Of a DNA stretch of 64,000 bases, positions 15,022 to 24,622 are shown piece by piece. The first letter of the stretch is position 1. Each line of letters opens with the position of its first letter. Source of the DNA: Eledone cirrhosa (lineage: Eukaryota); the NCBI GenBank assembly GCA_964016885.1, contig OZ024740.1:7874001-7938000 (forward strand). The letters run 5' to 3'. Below the pieces are notes generated by a model, which ran no database searches, was not told the origin of the DNA, and saw nothing but the letters and a program-made list of their open reading frames with translations. The position numbers were made by a program, and so were the translations under genes.

Positions 15022-16989
15022 GCTAGAGATGCCTACTGACTATAGTAGGTTTTTACATTGTATTTAGGTAAGGCGGGTCTTCTCTATTACTGAGTACCGC
15101 CAAAGGTCTCGGTCCAGTGACATTGTCTTGGAGAGGTGTAAGTGTGTGAGGTCGGAGTTTATCAGCTCGTCCCAAGTTTTTCTAGGTCTGCCTATTCCGT
15201 GGCTACCGTCTATCTTTATTGCCCTGCACTTTGTTATACAGCTATCATCCTTCATGCGCATCACGTGACCATACCAATGTAGCCTTCTCTCTAGTAAACA
15301 ATATCTGATCCCTCTTATTTCTAATTTTTTCCTTAGTTCGTTTATGCTTTGTCGTTCACGTATATTACTATTACACATCCAGCGGAGCATGCAAGCTTCG
15401 TTTCTCTCTAGTGTGCGTATATCCTCTGCACACAATGCCCAGGTCTCACTGCCATGCAACATTGCTGTTCGTATGCAGGCATCGTACAGCCTGCCTTTCA
15501 TTTTTAGGGAGAACCCTTTAGCGGCTAATAGTGGTATAAGCTCTCTGAACTTTTTCCACCCAGTTCTGACTCTAGCTACTGTACTTTCAGAGCACCCTCC
15601 CCCACTGCTGATTTTGTCACCCAGGTAACGGAAGCTGTCCACTATTTCTATAGAACCCTCTGCGCAGTTGAAAGAGCTAGTATTTTTGTGGGCACTTGCT
15701 GCTACTTATATCCCTAGAACACCGGCCACATGTAAAATCTATGTTCTTAGTTAGCTTACCTGTGATCCCACTACATCTTTTATGCACCCAAACTTTGCAT
15801 TTGGGACACAAAATGGAATTTCTACCTACGCCTTTCCTACACTCTGCGCATGGCCACTTCCCGGAGGGGACCGCCGCCTTATTTTCTTTCTTACAAACTA
15901 GAACTTTAGTCTTAGCCAGGTTAATTTTAAGGCCTTTTGATTCTAGGCCATGCTTCCATGTTTGGAATTTCTTCTCTAGCTCGGCCATTGATTCAGCTAT
16001 GAGCGTTAGATCATCTGCGTATAGGAGTTCCCATGGGCAGTCGGTCTTGAACTCCACTGTTATAGCCTGGAGGGCAATAATAAATAGTAGGGGGCTAAGA
16101 ACAGAGCCCTGATGAACACCAACGTTTACACTAAACTCTTCACTATATTCGTTGTTAATTCTAACCTTGCTAACTGTTTCTTTATACATGGCTTGTATAG
16201 CTCTCACAAGCCCTTCATCAACACCTAGTTTTCTAAGAGCCCACCAGATAATGGAACGGGGGACTCTGTCGAAGGCCTTCTCCAAGTCGACGAAAGCTAA
16301 GTATAGGGGTTTACTTTTAGCTAGCTACTTCTCCTGTAGTTGTCGTACAATGAAAAGAGCGTCTGTGGTACTTTTTCCTGACACAAACCCGAACTGCATT
16401 TCATCTAGATCAATTCGCTCTCTGATTAGTTGCGCTATAACTTTTTCCGTGACCTTCATGACCTGGTCGATTAATTTAATGCCTCTATAGTTACTCCTAT
16501 CTAGGGCATCTCCTTTACCCTTATAACAGTTAACGATAATGCTGCTGCGCCAGTCCTTCGGAACAACCCCATTCTGTATGACTTGGTTGACTATCCGGGT
16601 GACCATGGTGTGTCCCACCGTACCAGATGCCTTCAGCATCTCGGCAACTATTTCCGAAGGCCCAGCCGCCTTGCCTGTCTTCATATCTTTGATTGCCTTA
16701 CTTATTATACTACCCTCGACTAACACTGCTGGTCCCTCTATTGGGTCGATGTGGGGGAGACTGTCTTTCTCCCATTTATTCTCCTCATTTAGTAAGCTTT
16801 CGTAGTGACACTTCCAAGCTACCGTCTTATCGGCATCGGTGATGGCAAGTATGCCGTCATCGTTAAGTACACACTTCTCCCCGACAATATCACGGTTTTC
16901 CTTGACACATTGCCTGGCAATCCTGAACACCTCACGTTTTTGGTCATCGCATTGTAGAACATGCTTGAACTTTCATTCCTCTGCTTCCC
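15022..16989 (-). pseudogene. RTE-clade LINE subfamily A, 5'-truncated and cut within the 3' UTR; decayed RT ORF
   Basis: ORF pieces 16325-16930, 15677-16285 and 15064-15642 align to the 24817-27792 protein (QGSVLSP, YADD, PHD, RRLHWYGHVMRM). Nonsense codon at 16325 (TAC>TAG) and +1 A frameshift near 15683-15687. Ends at AGGCATCTCTAGC without a tail. Confidence 0.95.
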
Positions 16990-19734
16990 TGACATACCTA
17001 TCGAAACTGACATACCAATCGAATCTGACATACCAATAGAAACTGATATACTAATCGAAACTGACACACCATTAGAAACTGACATACTAATCGAAACTGA
17101 TATATCAATCGAAACTAATATACCAATAGAAACTGACATACCAATCGAAACTGACATACCAATCGAAACTGATATACTAATCGAAACTGACATACCATTA
17201 GAAACTGACATACTAATCGAAACTGATATATCAATCGAAACTGATATACCAATCGAAACTGATATACCAATAGAAATTGACATACCAATCGAAACTGACA
17301 TACCAATCGAAACTGATATACCAATCAAAACTGATATACCAATAGAAACTAACATACCAATAGAAACTGACATACCAATAGAAACTGACATACCAATCGG
17401 AACTGATATACCAATCGAAACTGACATACCAATCGAAACTGACATACTAATCGAAACTGATATAACAATCAAAACTGACATACCAATAGAAACTGATATA
17501 CCAATAGAAACTGATATACTAATCGAAACTGACACACCAATCGAAACTGATATACCAATCGAAACTGACATACCAATCGAAACTGATATACCAATCGAAA
17601 CTGACATACCAATAGAAACTGAGATACCAATGGTAACTGATATACTAATCAAAGCTGACTTACCAATAGAAACTAACATACCAATTGAAACTGATATACA
17701 AATAGAAACTGACATACCAATAGAAACTGATATACCAATAGAAACTGACATAACAATTGAAACTGATATACATATAGAAACTGATATACTAATCGAAACA
17801 GACATACCATTTGAAACTGATATACCAATAGAAACTGACATACCAATCGAAACTGACATACCAATAGAAACTGATATACTAATCGAAACTGATATACCAA
17901 TAGTAACTAACATACCAATCGTAACTGATATACCAATCGAAATTGACATACCAATCGAAACTGACACACCAATCGAAACTGACATACCAATAGAAACTGA
18001 TATACCAATAGAAACTGACATACCAATCGAAACTGATATAACAATCGAAACTGATATACTAATCGAAACTGATATACCAATCGAAACTGACATACCAATC
18101 GAAACTGACATACCAATAGAAACTGATATATTAATCGAAACTGACATACCATTAGAAACTGACATACTAATCGAAACTGATATATCAATCGAAACTGATA
18201 TACCAATTGAAACTGATATACCAATCGAAACTGACATACAAATCGAAACTGACAATCCAACAGAAACTGATATAGCAATAGAAACTGTTATACCAATCAA
18301 AACTGACATACCAATCGAAACTGATATACCTATCGAAACTGATATACCAATCGAAACTGACATACCAATAGAAACTGACATACTAATCGAAACTGATATA
18401 CCAATCCAAACTGACATACCAATAGAAACTGATATAGCAATAGAAACTGATATACCAATCGAAACTGATATACCAATCAAAACTGATATACCAATAGAAT
18501 CTGACATACCAATCGAAACTGACATACCAATAGAAACTGATATACTAATCGCAACTGACATACCAATGGAAACTGATATACCAATCGAAACTGACATACC
18601 AATCAAAACTGACATACCAATCCAAACTGACATACCAATCAAAACTGATATACCAATCGACACTGACATAACAATCGAAACTGACATACCAATCGAGGAC
18701 TAACATACCTATAGAAACTTACATACCAATAGAAACTGATATACTAATCGAAACTGATATACCAATAGTAACTAACATGCCAATCGTAACTGATCTACCA
18801 AGAGAAACTGTCATACCAATCGAAACAGATATACCAATCGAAACTGATATACCAATAGAAACTGACATACTAATCGAAACTGATATACCAATCGAAATTG
18901 ACATACCAATCGAAACTGACATACCAATCGAAACTGACATACCAATAGAAACTGATATCCCAATAGAAACTGACATACCAATAGAAACTGATATACCAAT
19001 CGAAACTGATATACCAATAGAAACTGACATACCAATCGAAACTGACATACCAATCGAAACTGATATACCAATCAAAACTGATATACCAATAGAAACTGAC
19101 ATACCAATAGAAACTGACATACCAATAGAAACTGACATACCAATCGAAACTGATATACCAATCGAAACTGATATACCAATAGAAACTGACATACCAATCG
19201 AAACTGATATAAAAATCGAAACTGATATACTAATCGAAACTGATATACCAATCGAAACTGACATACCAATCGAAACTGACATACCAATAGAAACTGATAT
19301 ACTAATCGAAACTGACATACCATTAGAAACTGACATACTAATCGAAACTGATATATCAATCGAAACTGATATACCAATAGAAATTGACATGCCAATCGAA
19401 ACTGACATTCCAATCGAAACTGACATACCAATAGTAACTGATATAATAATCGAAACTGACATACCAATAGAAACTGACATACCAATCGAAACTGATATAC
19501 CAATAGAAACTGACATACCAATCGAAACTGATTATCCAACAGAAACTGATATATACCAATCGAAACTGATATACCAATCGAAACTGACATACCAATAGAA
19601 ACTGAAATACTAATCCAAACTGATATAACAATCAAAACTGACATACAAATAGAAACTGTTATAGCAATAGAAACTGACATACCAATAGAAACTGACATAC
19701 CAATAGAAGCTGATATACCAATAGAAACTGACAT
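16990..19734 (-). repeat. Same 18-bp satellite in inverted orientation
   Basis: Plus strand reads GAAACTGA[C/T]ATACCAAT[C/A] throughout. Confidence 0.98.
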
Positions 19735-20062
19735 CATCATCATCATCATCATCAACGTTTAACGTCCGTGTTCCATGCTTGCATGGGTTTGGACGGGGGT
19801 AGTCCCACTTGAGGCAAGAGTGATTTTCTTGCTCGCATAGGACTGTCTGGCAGGTTTTCTACAGTTGGATGCCCTTCCTAACACCAACCACATTTACAGT
19901 GTGGGTCTGGGAGGTTTTTACCGTGTTGCCTACACGGCCACATTACAGCGTGGACTGTGTGTTTTTTTGTCGTGACGCCTACACGATCTCATTTGTTTCG
20001 GCCTGGATGTTGTGGGACCAACATAACTTTACATTGGAAGGGGCGGTGGGGATGGGGTGGTG
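19732..20062 (-). mobile_element. RTE subfamily A distal 3' UTR plus (GAT)n tail
   Basis: Reverse complement of the 3' UTR seen at about 27855-28190 and 60765-61100; (CAT)n at 19732-19753. Confidence 0.95.
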
Positions 20063-20499
20063 ATTGGTATATCAGTTTCGATTAGTATGTCAGTTTCTAT
20101 TGGTATATCAGTTTCGATGGGTATGTCAGTTTCGATTGGTATGTGAGTTTCTATTGGTATATCAGTTTCGATGGGTATGTCAGTTTCTATTGGTATGTCA
20201 GATTCGATTGATATATCAGTTTCGATTAGTATGTCAGTTTCTATTGGTATGTCAGTTTCGATTGGTATGTCAGTTTCTATTGGTATATCAGTTTCGAATG
20301 GTATGTCAGTTTCTATTGGTATATCAGTTTCTATTGGTATGTCTGTTTCGATTAGTATATCAGTTTCTATAAGTATATCAGTTTCAATTGTTATGTCAGT
20401 TTCTATTGGTATATCAGTTTCTATTGGTATGTCAGTTTCGATTTGTATATCAGTTACAATTGGTATGTTAGTTTCTATTGGTAAGTCAGCTTCGATTAG
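20063..20499 (+). repeat. 18-bp satellite
   Basis: 18-bp periodicity; variant order matches about 33445-33843. Confidence 0.97.
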
Positions 20500-22515
20500 G
20501 TAGATGAAGCAGTCAAGGCCAAGAGACAGGCATGGAAAGAATGGAAGAACGGGGGGAGCAGGGTACATTACATAGCTAAGAGGGAAGCAGAGGATAGAAA
20601 ATTCAAGCATGTTTTACAACGTGAGGACCAGAAACAGGAGGTATTCAAGATTGCGAGGCAGTGTGTCAGAGATAGTTGTGATGTCATTGGAGAGAAGTGT
20701 ATCCGGAATGATAAAGGTGAGCTTGCCCTCACAAGTGCTGAGAAGAAAGATGCATGGAAGAGTCATTATGATAGATTACTAAATGAGGAGAATGCATGGG
20801 AAGAAGAGACCCTACCCCACGTAGACCCTATAGAGGGACCAGCAGTACAAGTCAGCGGCAGCGTAGTAAGTAAGGCAATCAGAGATATGAAGATAGGGAA
20901 GGCAACCGGTCCATCGGGTATAGCTGCCGAGATGCTGAAGGCATCTGGGTCTGTAGGTCACACTATAACCACACGTATCGTTAACCAGGTAATACTAGAG
21001 GGGGCCATACCAAAAGATTGGTGCAGTAGCATCATTGTCAACTGCTACAAAGGTAAAGGCGATGCACTAGATAGAGGAAACTATAGAGGTATAAAGTTGA
21101 TGGACCAGGTCATGAAAGTAACAGAAAGAGTTATAGCACAGCTGATTAGGGACCGGGTGAATATAGACGAGATGCAATTTGGGTTTGTACCAGGGAAAGG
21201 CACCACTGATGCCCTCTTCCTTGTGAGGCAATTACAGGAAAAGTACCTAGTTAAAAGTAAGCCACTCTACTTGGCATTTGTCGACCTTGAGAAAGCCTTT
21301 GACAGAGTTCCACGTGCAGTAATCTGGTGGGCTCTTAGAAAACTAGGAGTAGATGAATGGCTTGTGAAAGCGGTACAAGCCATGTATAGGGGAGCAGTCA
21401 GCAAAGTTAGGATTGGCAATGAGTATAGCGAGGAATTTAGCGTACAGGTTGGGGTCCACCAGGGCTCTGTTCTTAGCCCTCTCCTGTTCATCATAGTCCT
21501 GCAGGCAATAACGGAGGAGTTTAAGACCGGATGCCCATGGGAACTCCTGTATGCTGATGACCTCGCACTCATAGCTGAATCTATGGTAGAACTAGAGAAT
21601 AAATTCCAAACCTGGAAGCAGGGACTAGAGAGAAAGGGCCTCAAAGTCAACATGACAAAGACTAAGGTCCTTGTAAGTAGACGAGAAAACAGAAGCCAGA
21701 TCCCCTCAGGGAAATGGCCTTGCTCAGTATGTAGGAAAGGTGTAGGTAGGAACTCCATTCTCTGCCCCAAATGCAAACAATGGGTACACAAGAGATGTAG
21801 CGGGATCTCAGGAAGCTTAATTAAGAATGTAGGATTCACATGCAGCAGCTGTGCTGAAACAGCAAGCAGCAAACAGCCACAGGAAACAAGTACCACCAAT
21901 CTCTGGGAGGGCCCTGTAGAAACAGTAGACAGCTTCTGCTACCTAGGTGACCGAATTAGCAACGGAGGTGGGTGCTCAGAAAGTACAATAACTAGGGTAA
22001 GAACGGGATGGAAGAAGTTTAGGGAACTACTACCACTGCTAGCTGCAAAAGGCTTCTCCCTCAGAATGAAAGGCAGACTGTATGATGCGTGTATCCGAAC
22101 AGCGATGTTGCATGGTAGTGAGACCTGGGCGCTGAAGGTGGAAGACTTACGTAGATTAGAGAGAAACGAAGCCTGCATGCTCCGATGGATGTGTAACAGT
22201 AATATACGTGAACGACAAAGCATAAAGGAATTGAGAGAGAGACTGAGCATAAGAGGAATCAAATGCTGCGTGCAGGAGAGGCGGTTACGCTGGTATGGAC
22301 ATGTGATGCGTATGAAGGATGACAGCTGCATAAAAAGGTGCAGAGCACTAGAAGTTGATGGAAACCGCGGAGTGGGGAGACCCAAGATGACTTGGGATGA
22401 GGTGATAAAAGCCGACCTTACCCAACTAGACCTCTCAAAGTCAATGACACACGACCGTGACTTCTGGCGTCACGCAGTAATACAGGGTACCCGACCTCCC
22501 ATGGGTACATGCTGA
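20500..22515 (+). CDS. Partial RTE-B ORF: reverse transcriptase with embedded PHD finger (no endonuclease)
   Basis: Frame is open from the junction at 20500 through track ORF 20887-22515. Motifs NYRGIKL, AFVDLEKAFD, QGSVLSP, LYADD, YLG, RRLRWYGHVMRM, GRPKMTW. Confidence 0.9.
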   Translation, partial: VDEAVKAKRQAWKEWKNGGSRVHYIAKREAEDRKFKHVLQREDQKQEVFKIARQCVRDSCDVIGEKCIRNDKGELALTSAEKKDAWKSHYDRLLNEENAWEEETLPHVDPIEGPAVQVSGSVVSKAIRDMKIGKATGPSGIAAEMLKASGSVGHTITTRIVNQVILEGAIPKDWCSSIIVNCYKGKGDALDRGNYRGIKLMDQVMKVTERVIAQLIRDRVNIDEMQFGFVPGKGTTDALFLVRQLQEKYLVKSKPLYLAFVDLEKAFDRVPRAVIWWALRKLGVDEWLVKAVQAMYRGAVSKVRIGNEYSEEFSVQVGVHQGSVLSPLLFIIVLQAITEEFKTGCPWELLYADDLALIAESMVELENKFQTWKQGLERKGLKVNMTKTKVLVSRRENRSQIPSGKWPCSVCRKGVGRNSILCPKCKQWVHKRCSGISGSLIKNVGFTCSSCAETASSKQPQETSTTNLWEGPVETVDSFCYLGDRISNGGGCSESTITRVRTGWKKFRELLPLLAAKGFSLRMKGRLYDACIRTAMLHGSETWALKVEDLRRLERNEACMLRWMCNSNIRERQSIKELRERLSIRGIKCCVQERRLRWYGHVMRMKDDSCIKRCRALEVDGNRGVGRPKMTWDEVIKADLTQLDLSKSMTHDRDFWRHAVIQGTRPPMGTC

Positions 22516-22820
22516 AGCATATAAACAATATGCCCCCCCCCCCCCACCGCAAGGTGGCCGTGGAGGTGCCACGGCAAAAAAGCACCCAGCCCACACTGTA
22601 AAGTGGACGTGTAGGCGCCACGAAAAAGCACCCAGCACTCACTGTAAATGAGGTTGGTGTTAGGAAGGGCATCCAGCTGTAGAAATCAAGCCAGATCAGT
22701 TCCTGTATGAGCAAGGCATGGTCAGCCGACCAGACACTGCCCACAACAGGACAACCCGTCTAACCCATGCTAGCGTGGAAGAACGGACGTAAAACGGTGA
22801 TGATGATGATGATGATGATG
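20500..22820 (+). mobile_element. RTE-clade LINE subfamily B, 5'-truncated, with complete 3' UTR and (GAT)n tail
   Basis: RT ORF, 3' UTR 22516-22797 sharing the GGTTGGTGTTAGGAAGGGCATCCA block with subfamily A, and a (TGA)n tail to 22820. Confidence 0.96.
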
Positions 22821-23790
22821 TCAGTTTAGATTGGTATATCAGTTTCGATTGGTATGTCAGTTTCTATTGGTATATCAGTTTCTATTGGTATGTCAGTTTC
22901 TATTGGTATGTCAGTTTCTATTGGTATGTCAGTTTCTATAAGTATATCAGTTTCAATTGTTATGTCAGTTTCTATTGGTATGTCAGTTTCGATTGGTATA
23001 TCAGTTTGGATTAGTATTTCAGTTTCGATTGGTATGTCAGTTTCGATTGGTATATCAGTTTCGATAGGTATATCAGTTTCGATTGGTATATCAGTTTCTG
23101 TTGGATTGTCAGTTTCGATTGGTATGTCAGTTTCTATTGGTATATCAGTTTCGATTGGTATGTCAGTTTCTATTGGTATGTCAGTTTCGATTATGATATC
23201 AGTTACTATTGGTATGTCAGTTTCGATTGGAATGTCAGTTTCGATTGGTATGTCAGTTTATATCGGTATATCTGTTTCGATTGGTATGTCAGTTGCGATT
23301 AGTATATCAGTTTCGATTGATATATCAGTTTCGATTAGTATGTCAGTTTCTAATGGTATGTCAGTTTCGATTAGTATATCAGTTTCGATTGGTATGTCAG
23401 TTTCGATTGGCATGTCAGTTTCTATTGGTATATTAGTTTCGATTGATATATCAGTTTCGATTAGTATGTCAGTTTCTAATGGTATGTCAGTTTCGATTAG
23501 TATGTCAGTTTCGATTGGTATGTCAGTTTTGCTTGGTATATCAGTTTCGATTAGTATATCAGTTTCGATTGTTATATCAGTTTCGATTGGTATGTCAGTT
23601 TCTATTGGTATATCAGTTTCGATTGGTATATCAGTTTCGATTGGTATGTCAGTTTCTATTTGTATGTCAGTTTCTATTGGTATGTCAGTTTCTATTGGTA
23701 TATCAGTTTTGATTGGTATATCAGTTTCTATTGGTATGTCAGTTTCGATTGGTATGTCAGTTTAGATTGGTATATCAGTTTCGATTAGTA
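22818..23790 (+). repeat. 18-bp satellite
   Basis: 18-bp periodicity; variant order paralogous to about 33863-34850. Confidence 0.97.
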
Positions 23791-24051
23791 AAAAAAAAAA
23801 AAAAAAAATCCTTTCCTTCTTCCTTCTTCGAAGGCATGGGGCGGTCAAACGCCTAAATGCAAGGACCCCATTCAATCATTACCTTCTTGCTAGCTATTTT
23901 CAAACCTTAATTCCTAACGTATTTTCAAACCTCAATCCCTAATTCTAGCGTATCTTCAAAACAAAAAAACAAAATCCTTTCCTTCTTCCTTCTTCGAAGG
24001 CTTGCGGCGGTCAAACGCCTAACACACACAGCCATCATGCGGCCACCCCCC

Positions 24052-24093
<42 letters not shown>

Positions 24094-24622
24094 GATAGGA
24101 ATTCACTTCGCCAAATTTCATTGCTTGCTGTCTCTACCCACGATATTCATGTAACGTAATGTACGGATTTCATTTCTCTCCCTCCACAAATCTTAATTCT
24201 AGCGTATTTTCAAAAGAATCCATATTTCGTATCAAGTCCAAATAGCCAATCTATCGCTAAAACAAACTACATTTTCTGTTTCTATTAATTGTTAAATACG
24301 AAAGTTTTTGGGCGTATTCAACAGAACAAATTTTGTATTTTTGTTAATCACTTGTTAAATGCAAGGACCCCATTCAATCATTACCTTCTTGCTAGCTACC
24401 CAACACCCCTCCCTCCCACCCCACGCACCACCATTGCTATTACGTGGACCAATCATAAAACAGAGCCCCCACGCATCACCAGTATTATTACGCGGACCAA
24501 TCAGAAACCAGAGGCCTATACTATCGCTTGCCTGGTTGCCTTTCGATATATGATGGATGGATGGACTGCGGAATCCTGGAGAGTGGAGGTGAGAGAGAGA
24601 AAAATCTGGACGCTCAGCGACA
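23790..24622 (+). other. Non-satellite sequence upstream of the RTE-A ORF (A19 tract, local direct repeats, (CT)n(TA)n); contains the probable RTE 5' UTR, boundary unresolved
   Basis: A-tract 23790-23808; about 48-bp repeat at 23809 and 23975; about 42-bp repeat at 23855 and 24357; (CT)n(TA)n 24052-24093. Confidence 0.6.
24437..24520 (+). promoter_or_regulatory. Candidate internal promoter of RTE-A: duplicated motif with two CCAAT boxes
   Basis: ATTACGTGGACCAATCATAAAACAGAG and ATTACGCGGACCAATCAGAAACCAGAG, CCAAT at 24449 and 24497, about 120-170 bp upstream of ATG 24623. Confidence 0.3.

Noticed and set aside
21267-22385. Antisense ORFs within RT regions (also 26787-27602, 29773-30966, 59724-60665)
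   Set aside because: Shadow frames of the RT coding strand; they recur only because the copies are paralogous, and they carry no motifs.
23790-23808. A19 tract as the poly(A) tail of a retrocopy
   Set aside because: It is preceded directly by satellite, and the paralogous unit at 23975 is also preceded by an A-rich run, so it appears to be an expanded part of that unit.
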